A stretch of 64,000 nt of DNA from Nitrospiraceae bacterium (GCA_050246315.1 JBFWWG010000002.1:364811-428810), one strand, 5' to 3'; numbered from the stretch's first letter, positions 39,926-49,775 are shown. A program made the numbers and translations. The notes: generated by a model not told the origin, from the letters alone.

Positions 39926-40043
39926 GCACGACCGATGCACACCATGTTCATGCTTCTGTAGCAGGTGGACCTTGATGTGGCCCGCTGCGCGGGCATTGTC
40001 TCAGGCTCGGCGTATCTGGTAGACGAACAGCCAGGAGGACACC

Positions 40044-40808
40044 ATGACGCTCCAGGAATTGGCAGATGCCATGACCAGCGGACTCCAAGAGCAAGGGATC
40101 ATCGCTATGTCGGGCCCGTCGATGAACAACCAGTACGCTGCCAAACTGCTTGTCCAGATGCAGAACGGACCCAGTCTCGGTGCTCTTAAGCTTTATGTCG
40201 GCAAACGCGGCCCCACCCTGGTCCCTGATGAATTGCACTCCTGTCCACCGGACGTACGATCACGCATCTTGGAAGTCTGGGAGCGCATCTCAGGCCGGCT
40301 CTCTACTTCTCCGGGTGGTCGCGACTCCTTCGCAATCGATCCCTCGGTCGTTCAGGTCTGGGTGGATGGAGCCTGTCTGCAGGCGCCGCTCGGATTCCGG
40401 TTCGGCTGGGCGTTTGTCATCCAGCAAGGTGATCGGGAATTGCACCGGGACTCCGGCAGCCTTCTGCGGAGCGGCGCATTCGAACATCGCAATGTCGGAG
40501 CGGAACTCGAGGCCGCGACCCGCGCGCTCACCTGGTGTCTTCTCAACGGATACAAGCAGGTCACCGTGTACCACGATTACAAGGGCATCGCCGCCTGGCC
40601 AACCGGCGCTTGGCGGGCCAATACCCCGTCGACCTGCGAGTACGCCCGGTTCGTCAAAGCCCTACGGCTTGAGGTCACCTGGCAGAAGGTTCCCGCGCAC
40701 CAGGGGATTGCGATGAATGAACTGGTTGATCAACTCGCCAACCGCGCAGCAGCCGAGAGTCCTGCTCTTCCTATTCCCGCAAGCTCGACTCCTGATCCCG
40801 TCATGTGA
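40044..40808 (+). CDS. Ribonuclease HI-family protein with an N-terminal extension
   Basis: VWVDGA, RNVGAELEA, VYHDYKGIAAW and KVPAHQG..NELVDQLA motifs. Confidence 0.88.
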   Translation: MTLQELADAMTSGLQEQGIIAMSGPSMNNQYAAKLLVQMQNGPSLGALKLYVGKRGPTLVPDELHSCPPDVRSRILEVWERISGRLSTSPGGRDSFAIDPSVVQVWVDGACLQAPLGFRFGWAFVIQQGDRELHRDSGSLLRSGAFEHRNVGAELEAATRALTWCLLNGYKQVTVYHDYKGIAAWPTGAWRANTPSTCEYARFVKALRLEVTWQKVPAHQGIAMNELVDQLANRAAAESPALPIPASSTPDPVM

Positions 40809-41039
40809 AACTCACCCTTCCGCGCACCTCTTTTTTTCCACCGTCCAACCTTCTGAGCGGTCATCAGGCCCGCTGCGCGGGCAGCATGTCCGAAGTTGTG
40901 ACAGGGGCCTGAGACCATCTCACGAATCAGACCACGTTGCATGTCGACTTCGGTGAACGGCCGAGGCTCGGGCCTGTCGTTCCCTATTGCTCTGCCATCC
41001 CCGCAGGGTCTTTGTTCACCCATGAAAAGGAGTGTTGCG

Positions 41040-41429
41040 ATGAGCACTGCGACCGCTGATTCCGGAACGGACCGGAAACTATTCAAAGATACGAACAAGC
41101 TTGAGATGACCGGGCGGCTTGCGAGGAACCCGGAGATCCGCTACCGAGCCAATAGCCAGGCTGTGACCACATTCGACCTCTGCAGCACTGAGGAGTATCC
41201 GGTGCAAGGGGAAGTGCGAAAGCGGGAATGCTGGGTCACGGTCGTCATGTACGGCCCCGACGGCGAGAAGTTCGCCGGTGAAGGCCAAAAAGGCGATTGG
41301 ATCGGCATCATCGGCAAGCTCCAACAGCGTCGCTGGGAAACCGAGGATGGCCAGAAGCGCGCGAAGCATGAGATCGTCGCGTTCTCCGCCGAGGTCAAGC
41401 GCAAGGCTCGCACGAGCACCCCGAGCTGA
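41040..41429 (+). CDS. ssb: Single-stranded DNA-binding protein 3 (no acidic tail)
   Basis: NKLEMTGRLARNPEIRY, KGDWIGIIGKLQQRRWE and DGQKR motifs. Confidence 0.85.
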   Translation: MSTATADSGTDRKLFKDTNKLEMTGRLARNPEIRYRANSQAVTTFDLCSTEEYPVQGEVRKRECWVTVVMYGPDGEKFAGEGQKGDWIGIIGKLQQRRWETEDGQKRAKHEIVAFSAEVKRKARTSTPS

Positions 41430-41806
41430 TCCACTACAACCGGGCGGCTTCCTACCGTGGATCTGACCACCGCTTTTTCGAGAGCCATTATGACGCTCTC
41501 CACCCTGGGCCATGGGGACTAACATGGCCACCCCCTTGGCACCCAATCCTTCAGAGGCGCGCAATGGACATCTTCGATTCTGCATTTGTCGGAATCCTGC
41601 AATTCATGGTTGCCTCCGTCACCCTGGGTACCGTCCTTGGCTCGATCGCGATCTACGTCTTCCAGACCCAGGAGAGACGGGTGGCTCGTCGTACGCTCTT
41701 CATCCACATTCCGCCGCACTATCCACTCGGCCGCTTCCGGTAACAACCAGCTCAGACTCGCTGCGCTCGTAGGTCACACCTCCCGGGTAATACATGGAGG
41801 TGCACC

Positions 41807-42136
41807 ATGACTGTACTGACCCGCGGACAAATCAAGCCGGGCGTGATCGGCATCGATACGACCGTGAAGTCTGCCATCGGACTGTGGCGATCCTTCGCCC
41901 CGACGTGGTCTATGGTAATGGGCTGGAAGCGCGGAGAACTCACCTGGGAGCAGTACGTCTCGCAGTACGGTGCGATCCTCGCTCGTGTTCCGGATGTTGT
42001 CTGGAACACCCTGGCCGCGCAACCTGAAGCCCGGTTGCTCTGTTATTGTCGTGACGGCGTACCCTGTCACACGCACCTCATTATCGCGTATGCGGTCGGC
42101 ATCTGGCCGGACCGCTTTCGCGACGGACGCACGTGA
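41807..42136 (+). CDS. Small DUF488-like protein
   Basis: FAPTW, TWEQY and LLCYC...CH motifs; GGAGGT RBS. Confidence 0.6.
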   Translation: MTVLTRGQIKPGVIGIDTTVKSAIGLWRSFAPTWSMVMGWKRGELTWEQYVSQYGAILARVPDVVWNTLAAQPEARLLCYCRDGVPCHTHLIIAYAVGIWPDRFRDGRT

Positions 42137-42254
42137 ATCGTTTCTCGTGTTCCGCCTCCCCTTGAGGTAGATGTTCCCGCCTCCGAGTTGGAGGCCGCCG
42201 CAGACGGCGGCAGGAACTCACCGTGATGACTCTCGTCCAACCCAGGAGGAAAAG

Positions 42255-42431
42255 ATGCGGTTCCAGATGCAGATCTCAAACCACATTCTGAGCAAGCTGA
42301 ATGGGAAGGCTCATCAAGAGGTCGACTCGTTCGCTCGACGGCATTTCCGGATCAAAGAAGTGCGCGCGAGAAAGGAAGCACAAGACCGAGTCCACACCTT
42401 CAACGCCATCCGTGCGGCACTGAGTCGCTAA
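42255..42431 (+). CDS. Small basic hypothetical protein (58 aa)
   Basis: Strong AGGAGG RBS before MRFQMQ. Confidence 0.5.
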   Translation: MRFQMQISNHILSKLNGKAHQEVDSFARRHFRIKEVRARKEAQDRVHTFNAIRAALSR

Positions 42432-42704
42432 CGTTTCCCAGTGGAGTGGACAGGCCTACTGCACCACGCCTCTAAGACAACCGGCTTCCCCCCGGGGCTG
42501 CTGCAGATCGAGCGGAGCAGGCCGCTCTGTCCCAGTGTCGCGGCTTCGCGCCCACGACGCGGGCGCTCGCCGCTCCGTACCAGGGCTGCATTGCGCACCT
42601 GGCACCTGAGGGACAGGCCGGCGCTTCGCGCCGGCAGGCTACAGAACTCTGTGGTGCTCCATTCGAATTGCCGGATCTGGCTCCCCGAACCCTTGTGTCC
42701 TCCC

Positions 42705-43229
42705 TTATAGAGCCCACTCCTCCCGCTCAATCTCCGCCTCGTGGCCAAGATTTACGACTTGTTCTTTCCCGCCAACGACACGGACTTCGATTCTCCCCCG
42801 ATGCTTTCTCATCCGATACCTGGCCTTGACCTTTCGTGCAAGGTTGATGAGGAACGGTTTCATTCGTGGATCAATCTTATGGTACGCGATGAGATAGTCT
42901 GCAATCCGGGTGGGCATCGTTCGGTAATTCTTGCGCAGCCACATTTCTATTTGCTTTTCAGTTTTTATCCAGCGCTGGCTTGTCATCCCGTACCTACAGG
43001 CACGCTGATACATGAACGGCACTGCCTCTGGACACTCCGCCTCTGCCCGGACAAATAAGGTATCCACCTCCTCGCAGTACATCCGCATCCTGATTCGTCT
43101 GCCTGTATCGCTTGAGCATTCAGAGGCAGGTTGGAGCGCGATCGACTCCTGACGCCCATCAATAGGCCCTACCGGCAACGCGCCGTCAGAAACAGGAGAT
43201 GACTTCACTTCACCGGACCCGTTCCCCAT
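42705..43229 (-). CDS. Basic hypothetical protein, possibly DNA-binding (start uncertain)
   Basis: K/R-rich helical C-terminal half; divergent from parM. Confidence 0.5.
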   Translation of the reverse strand: MGNGSGEVKSSPVSDGALPVGPIDGRQESIALQPASECSSDTGRRIRMRMYCEEVDTLFVRAEAECPEAVPFMYQRACRYGMTSQRWIKTEKQIEMWLRKNYRTMPTRIADYLIAYHKIDPRMKPFLINLARKVKARYRMRKHRGRIEVRVVGGKEQVVNLGHEAEIEREEWAL

Positions 43230-43809
43230 CTCGATTTACTTTCCCTCCGTCGCTTCGTGAGTTCGGACAATATATTCATATATGTTATGTACGAACGTCC
43301 TGAGCACAATCCCGTCAGCAACCTCGTCCAGGAAACGCGAACATCTCGGTACCCCGTACAGCCTCATGATGAGGAGGTTCACTCTGAAGGGAACCATCGC
43401 AGTATCCCTCACTTTCGTGGCAATTCGGATGTAGAGGTATTACTGCTTCGAGACCGGCCCTCCAAAACCCCTTGATCTCGTGGAGCCCAGAACTTCTTCA
43501 GCCAGTCGGACTCAACAGGCTGATCCGGGTATTGAGGCAACCTCGATAGGGAAGGCCCACATATATATATGGATAGAGCGACCTTCCTCAGACATTCAGT
43601 GTTACATTGTCTTTATTATCTAACCTATTGACGATATTTATATTTCATACTTTCTACGTTGTTCGCGCTTTGCTTTTCCCCCTTTCGCTCGGTGACTTTG
43701 ATGGTCTCCTGGAATCTTGGGGAGACTCTCTGGCGTCTGGTCAGTAATACGACAGGCGAGAGGCCAGATTATCCGTTACTCCGAACCAGTCGAACGAAAG
43801 GAGCGCTAT

Positions 43810-44922
43810 ATGGCGACTCGAGCAAGGGCGGGCGCGAAGGCAGGAATGACGTTAGGCGTTAGACATTCACCGAACCGATCGAACGGAGAGGTGCCGTTCA
43901 TCGGTCTTGACGTGGGCTACGGGTACACGAAGATTGTCTTCGAAGATGGGCAGCGCATCATCTATCCCTCACTGGTGGCACCGGTTGCCGTCACCTCGAT
44001 CGATCTGGGTCTCTCGCTCTCAAAGAGCGCCGTTCAGGTCGAGGGAGCCGATTATGTCGTTGGCGAGGAAGCAGTCCAGGCCGGCTGGAGGTTCCGCGAA
44101 CAATATGACGGGTGGTGGACCTCTCCCACGTTTAAGGCGCTCGTGGCATTTGCCGCACGCCATGTACCCGAAGGCGCCCACGTGTTCACGGGTCTCCCAC
44201 TCCATGTATATGCGTCAGCAGTGGCCCAGAATCAGGTGGCAGAGGTAGTCCGGAAGGGACTTCGCACGAACCAGGTCACGGTCTTCCCTCAGGGAGTGGG
44301 GGCGTTTTTCGCTGCGATCGCTGCACATCCCGGTTCTGAAGAAGGCCGGAACGCCTTCGTCGATATCGGCATGCGCACCACCGAGTTCGTCGGCATGTCC
44401 AATCGCCAATTTCTGAGCGACCTCTCATGCGGTAGGGTCCTTGGCGTCACAGAGCTCTTCACGCGCGTTGCTGAGAGCTTGACTCACCAATATGAACGAA
44501 CAATCGATCCCTACGAAGTCGATCTCGCGATTCAAGGCCTTCGCCCGATAAAGGTCAAAGGGGACAATCTCGCCCAAAAGGTCATCGATGAGACTATCGA
44601 ACCTCTTCTCAAGCCCTTTGCCGAACGCATCCTTGGCGAAATGGCTAGACTCTGGGGACCAGGCGCCCCGTCTTTTGACCGCGTCATCTTCTGCGGCGGA
44701 GGCGCATTGATCCTCAAGCCGTATCTCTCAGGATTTCGAGAGAACGTGGAATTTCTCAGAGACTCGCAATACGCGAACGCCTCCGGCTATCTGCACTTCG
44801 GCCGCTGGGTCTATCAGCGAACTGTTACACACAATGAAATGCGCCCGTCACAGTCCGGGCTGGATCGCCAGGGGGAAGCATATCAAGATGAAGATATGCT
44901 TCGCGTGGGAGGGACCCTATGA
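43810..44922 (+). CDS. parM: ParM/StbA actin-like partitioning ATPase
   Basis: GLDVGYGYTK, TGLP, FPQGVGA, VDIGMRTT and CGGGA motifs; AAGGAG RBS. Confidence 0.88.
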   Translation: MATRARAGAKAGMTLGVRHSPNRSNGEVPFIGLDVGYGYTKIVFEDGQRIIYPSLVAPVAVTSIDLGLSLSKSAVQVEGADYVVGEEAVQAGWRFREQYDGWWTSPTFKALVAFAARHVPEGAHVFTGLPLHVYASAVAQNQVAEVVRKGLRTNQVTVFPQGVGAFFAAIAAHPGSEEGRNAFVDIGMRTTEFVGMSNRQFLSDLSCGRVLGVTELFTRVAESLTHQYERTIDPYEVDLAIQGLRPIKVKGDNLAQKVIDETIEPLLKPFAERILGEMARLWGPGAPSFDRVIFCGGGALILKPYLSGFRENVEFLRDSQYANASGYLHFGRWVYQRTVTHNEMRPSQSGLDRQGEAYQDEDMLRVGGTL

Positions 44923-45245
44923 GGGATGAGCCGGTGAAGGGGCATCGCATCTACCGGCTCTATTTCAACGAACAAGATCCGTCCGACGTTGCTCTCCGGC
45001 GGTGGATCTGGTCTCTACCAAGTCGCAAACGAGGTCACATCATCAAAACCATCTTAAGAAAACAGCTCACAGACTGGGGCAGAATGAAGGGTCGCATTGG
45101 CAAAGCTCGCGCGCCCCTCCTGACTCGGCGTCCGGTATCGCAGCGCGCCCTCCGAGCACCCGAAACGCAGGAACCAGTCGGCGCCCCCAATGAGATTCAA
45201 TCCCTGATCAACCGAGCCTTCGCCTCGAAGGGTTCAACCACCTGA
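44919..45245 (+). CDS. Putative ParR/StbB-like centromere-binding adaptor
   Basis: Small basic ORF coupled to parM by ATGA overlap; beta-helix-helix-like N-terminus. Confidence 0.6.
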   Translation: MRDEPVKGHRIYRLYFNEQDPSDVALRRWIWSLPSRKRGHIIKTILRKQLTDWGRMKGRIGKARAPLLTRRPVSQRALRAPETQEPVGAPNEIQSLINRAFASKGSTT

Positions 45246-45494
45246 GGAGGGCGCTTCCTATCGACCAATTCGTTCTTGTGGGTACGAAGGAACGACGAAT
45301 TCCAAAGCACTTGGGGAAGTCATTCTTGAGGACGTAACTTTCTAGACTCAACAAGCCATCAGATCAAGTGTTCAGAAAACCTTACGCATCGAGGTCGCGC
45401 GGTCCTCGCTGAGATTCCTCGCTACCGGAAGAACCTAGGTCCATAAGTCCGATGTTTGGATCACATAAGGAGTTGTTGAGTTAACTGGCTTGGG

Positions 45495-47540
45495 CTAGGC
45501 CTCCGCCGCTTGTAGAACTCCGTGACGCAGCGGATAGATATCGGTTTCTTGCATTATCGTAGCCGAGCCGTTCTTGGTAGTACCGAGTTCGAAGCGCTTA
45601 CCGCCCTCAACGCCTGTGCTCCGAAGCCTCCTGCAAAGAACATCCGCGAGCGCAGGGTCTTCTACGGATACGATCACTTGGCGACCGGTACGACGCACTG
45701 CGGACAGGACTTCAACCAGATTCAGCGCACGGTAGTCGTCGATGTGTTGAACGGGATCATCGAGCAAGAGTGTGCGCAGACGACACCACGGTCGCGAGAG
45801 ATGAATAGCAAGCAGAAATGCGATCCCAGCTGCGCGTCGTTGCCCGCTACTGAATACGAATTGTGGATTGCGCCCGTCACCCACGGTGAGATTCAACGAG
45901 GCACGCACACGACCGCCGAAGTCGGTCTCAATCTCGCGCCAATCCGTGTGGGGCCGAAGGCGTCGATAGAGTTCCTTGAGCAGGGGCATGACCGTGTCGA
46001 ACTGTTCGTTCAGCACTTGATTGGCAACCTCTTTCACGGCATTATCGACTTGGCGAGCCACCTCGGCCGCGCGCTCGGCAGCGTTCAACTTCGCTATTTC
46101 CAAATCGAGTTGGCCTCGCAGCTCCTGAACACGAGCTTCTAGTGTTGTAACACGGTCATGAGCGCCTGAGGCCTCTAGGATAAAGAGAGCGTGTTCAAGG
46201 CTCGCTGTGTCCTCCTGCCTCCGCAGGATGAGCTGTCTAGCAGTTTCTGGCTCTGAAGGCGACGCAGCCAGACTCCACTGGCTGAAAGTCGACACCAGCC
46301 TCTCGATTTCGTGCGAGAATCTAGTCCGTCGAGCTTCCAGTTCTGACAGGCGCTGCTCGGCCTCCCTCAGCGTCGTCCCGGCCCGTTCAGATGCCAGACG
46401 TGCCTGCACGAGAGCTTCCCTTACACGAGCTGCGCGCTCCCCTAACGCACTCAGATTTGAACGTGCTGCTGCGATTGCGGCGACGAACTCTTCGGGATTG
46501 CGAGCAGCTTGGCATAGTGGGCAGTGTCCAGCCTGCAAACCTATAGCCTCGCCGTGATCAAGCAAGGCTACCACGTGGCTAGCGAAAGCGTCCCTTTCGC
46601 GCTCCGCAGCTTGCAGTGCCTGGGCTGAAGCCAGGCTTGCGTCAGCTCGCTCCTTCGCCTGTCGTGCAGTAGCCACCTCGGCGTGTGCAGCTGTGATGTC
46701 GGCTTGGCCGACTTCTGACTCGAAGTAGAGCCTTTCAGCCTTCAAGTCCTCTGCCCGAGCGACCGCTTCAGTGAGCACGGAGATCGATTGCTTTAGATGG
46801 GCGACACGCCGACGAACTATCTCAGCGCGTTCTCCTGGCGCGTCGGCAAGATCCGGCGTAAGGGCTCTTACGACCTGTTCTGCTTCGGCGACGTCGGCCT
46901 GTTGCTGCGCCACGCTGCGTGCTTCAGTCAGAGTGCTGAGAGTACGACCAAGCTCTCTCTGGGCGTCCTCGACCGGCCGCTCCTGCGCCGTCTTCGCGGC
47001 GTTGGCGGCGTCCATGATAGCGCGCGTCCGTTTGTTGTGATCAGGCCCCGTCAAGCCGCCAATCGCCGCACGAACGGCGGCAGCCCGTGCTTGCTCGGGC
47101 AGATCCAGACTGAGGGCTGCAATTGTTTCGTCTCTGATCAGGGTCGTCTGCATCAGAGTTTCAGGCAACGCTTGAGCAGTGGACTCCTCGATGCAGAGCC
47201 TGCGCATAAAGGCGTCCACGGGCGTGTCGAGGCTCCGCTCTCGGCTACGCGTGACCACAAACTCCTCGCCGTTGTCGCCGATAAACCCGATTGCGACATA
47301 CTGATTCTCGGAAGGGCCTTCACCTACCCACCAGATATGCTCTTCGAGACCTCCCCCCTTCGCGCTCTTCACGTGATACTTATTTATTGTGCCAGTGAGG
47401 ACGAAATCGATCGCGTCCATCACAGTGCTCTTCCCGACCCCATTTCGGCCCGTCAGCACAACGAAGCCACCAGGCAAGTTGAATCGCGTCTTGTCCTTGA
47501 AGCCGCGAAAACCTGCAAGCTCGATGAACGCTAGTTTCAT
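45495..47540 (-). CDS. lmuB: Rad50/SMC-like ABC ATPase (Lamassu LmuB-like)
   Basis: GFRGF, Walker A GRNGVGKS, coiled coils, CPLC zinc hook, signature FSSGQ and Walker B LLLDDP. Confidence 0.8.
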   Translation of the reverse strand: MKLAFIELAGFRGFKDKTRFNLPGGFVVLTGRNGVGKSTVMDAIDFVLTGTINKYHVKSAKGGGLEEHIWWVGEGPSENQYVAIGFIGDNGEEFVVTRSRERSLDTPVDAFMRRLCIEESTAQALPETLMQTTLIRDETIAALSLDLPEQARAAAVRAAIGGLTGPDHNKRTRAIMDAANAAKTAQERPVEDAQRELGRTLSTLTEARSVAQQQADVAEAEQVVRALTPDLADAPGERAEIVRRRVAHLKQSISVLTEAVARAEDLKAERLYFESEVGQADITAAHAEVATARQAKERADASLASAQALQAAERERDAFASHVVALLDHGEAIGLQAGHCPLCQAARNPEEFVAAIAAARSNLSALGERAARVREALVQARLASERAGTTLREAEQRLSELEARRTRFSHEIERLVSTFSQWSLAASPSEPETARQLILRRQEDTASLEHALFILEASGAHDRVTTLEARVQELRGQLDLEIAKLNAAERAAEVARQVDNAVKEVANQVLNEQFDTVMPLLKELYRRLRPHTDWREIETDFGGRVRASLNLTVGDGRNPQFVFSSGQRRAAGIAFLLAIHLSRPWCRLRTLLLDDPVQHIDDYRALNLVEVLSAVRRTGRQVIVSVEDPALADVLCRRLRSTGVEGGKRFELGTTKNGSATIMQETDIYPLRHGVLQAAEA

Positions 47541-48076
47541 TCCAGGCCTCCGAGGAGCCGGACCACCTCTGAAGGTGAGACAGCAGGATTGAGCATGACG
47601 TGTGCAGCTCTTGGCGCAATGGTCCGGATGCGAGTTAGCAGGCGCTCGGTGACATCTTCCGGTCTGAGGACTGGCTGGTATTGCAGAGGCAAGACGGGCA
47701 GCAGAGCTCGCAAAAGATCTTCGCGAGTTGCGAGACCACAGGCCGCAATCTTCCGAGTGTGTTCGAGATCCTCCTCGATCCAACGCACCTGGCGATTATG
47801 AACTGGGTCGGCCGCAGAACCACATAGAAAAATACAGTAAACGTTCCAAGCTTTCTCCCCAGCAGTACGAATGCCCGCCGCATAGCGCATCAAGAGGGAC
47901 TTCTCCGTGGTCTTCCAACGAGCTAGCAGTGCATCAGGACTCTCAAAGACGCAGCCGAATCCAATTAGGGTGTCATCCTCGAAGGAAACAATCGGAGAAC
48001 GGTCCAAGGATGATAGGCGTGTGGCGAAACCTGCTTCCCGCAACACGACCTGCATTGCAGAAAGAACGTCGATCAT
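47537..48076 (-). CDS. ABC three-component middle protein (LmuC-like)
   Basis: 179 aa, overlap-coupled between the effector and ATPase genes; KAWNVY..IEEDLEHTRK motif. Confidence 0.65.
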   Translation of the reverse strand: MIDVLSAMQVVLREAGFATRLSSLDRSPIVSFEDDTLIGFGCVFESPDALLARWKTTEKSLLMRYAAGIRTAGEKAWNVYCIFLCGSAADPVHNRQVRWIEEDLEHTRKIAACGLATREDLLRALLPVLPLQYQPVLRPEDVTERLLTRIRTIAPRAAHVMLNPAVSPSEVVRLLGGLE

Positions 48077-49389
48077 ATCCCTAGCGCCTCCCTTGCTTGG
48101 TCAAACGTCAACCACATGGCGCCTCCACCAGGAGTAGGGCGAATCATGCTGGCACCACGTCCAGTAGAGATCACCCTCGCAGGTACGCCAAGTTCAAAAG
48201 CGCCTGCGCACACAACAATATCAGACTTCATTGCGGTCGTTGGCTCTCTGTACTGGGCCTGTACATCCTTCAGCCCACGCCCAGCTCCGTTGACCACGCG
48301 GATCGATTGGCCACGGTACTGCAGCCAGGCGCCCAACTTTGTCGCTCCTCCGTTCAACAACATAACGTGAGTCGACGCCGCCTGAGTAGCATTCGGGAGT
48401 GGCGCTTTCAGTGTCGCCGCGCGAGTGTATGGTACCCCCTCGGCATCGCGGCGGAGATTGTAGAGATCCTCCACGTCCAATGCATCAAACGGGGCCGAAA
48501 CCTGAACGACTCCCCCATCCGCCTCCACCGAGTCTTTCCCTAGTTTGTAGAACCTTCGGGCCCAGGCCTTGGAATACGCTGTACGCAACTCTTCGAGTGC
48601 GTCGACGCCTGACGCCTGAACGTGCTCGAATACTCGGCTCAAATTGTACATTTTCTCCCAGAGCTTCGGCGCCTTGCTCTGCAGGCCGGCCATAGGGCTC
48701 GGGTCGATCACGGTGACGGAACTCGCGTTGTCAATCGTAAACGCTTCGGCTAAGACGTCGTTCAAGTATCCCCAATCTGTCCAAAAGCCCACGACGACTA
48801 GGTGTTTCCCAGGCAAGTTGAGTTTCATCCATTGCGAACAACTCGACAATCGGTCCTGAATGGCCGGCTCAGCGAGTTGGCTCTGCGTCCACAACGTGTT
48901 TTCACGGTCGCGCTGGAGACACCCATGGAATTTGACTAAAGGATTAGCGCAGGCAGTGAATTTACCGGCTTCAAGTCCCGAAAGGGCCCCCTGCATTGCG
49001 ACCCTCTGTTCCTCCGCCCAGCGCTCGATCATTGCATCGAAGTTCGCGGACAGAGCGGAATGCGCACCACGACTGATCAAGAAATCGGCGATCGCGGCAT
49101 GACCCTTATTGGGGGGCCCAACCAGATCGTTCCAGGGTACGAGTCCGATGAAGACCTTGAAGTCCCCTCTCGCGTGGAAATGCCCCGCAAGTTGATTAAC
49201 GTCGTCCCGAAATACTGGATCGAGGGTTTCATTCGGGGACCACGCGTCATAACAGGTTTGTGATATGCGGATGGAAGACGGAAGGTCGCTCGGCGCTGGC
49301 ATGGACAAGCCGGCCCCACAAAGGAACATTAGCGAGTTGGTTTCGATCGCGCCCAGCAATCTTGTTGTCAATTCGGCACTCAGATGCAT
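48073..49389 (-). CDS. SIR2-like effector (LmuA-like, putative NADase)
   Basis: FLCGAGLS..PSDLP, SANFD, KFHG and VVGF motifs. Confidence 0.78.
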   Translation of the reverse strand: MHLSAELTTRLLGAIETNSLMFLCGAGLSMPAPSDLPSSIRISQTCYDAWSPNETLDPVFRDDVNQLAGHFHARGDFKVFIGLVPWNDLVGPPNKGHAAIADFLISRGAHSALSANFDAMIERWAEEQRVAMQGALSGLEAGKFTACANPLVKFHGCLQRDRENTLWTQSQLAEPAIQDRLSSCSQWMKLNLPGKHLVVVGFWTDWGYLNDVLAEAFTIDNASSVTVIDPSPMAGLQSKAPKLWEKMYNLSRVFEHVQASGVDALEELRTAYSKAWARRFYKLGKDSVEADGGVVQVSAPFDALDVEDLYNLRRDAEGVPYTRAATLKAPLPNATQAASTHVMLLNGGATKLGAWLQYRGQSIRVVNGAGRGLKDVQAQYREPTTAMKSDIVVCAGAFELGVPARVISTGRGASMIRPTPGGGAMWLTFDQAREALGI

Positions 49390-49775
49390 TTTCCCTCAAT
49401 CCCCGTGCTTCTGCCGCAAAGAAAACATACCGTCGACTTTGGATACAGCCAACCATTTGTTCTTGGACCGGCCCGTAGCATAAGTCAAAATTCCAAAGAA
49501 TTCGACAGCTCTATTGGTAGGGAGATGTATGGATTGCGGTCAATAAGGGCGGGAGACTGTTAAGGGTTGTTCTTAGGGAGGTCGAGGAATTCCCCGGTCG
49601 TATATCGGTCGCATAGCCGAGCGATTTTCGGGTTATTCTATCTCACTTGATCTCACTCCTGCTCTGCACACAACTCGTTGAGTTTCTGCAAGACAACGTG
49701 TGAAGCCCGCGCAAACATTGAAGGCGCTGAATTGGTCACAATCAAATCCCGGCTTTGGCACCGTATCATAGTTCC

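Noticed and set aside
43560..43572. ATATATATAT run as parC or an iteron
   Set aside because: A simple dinucleotide run with no spaced direct repeats visible.
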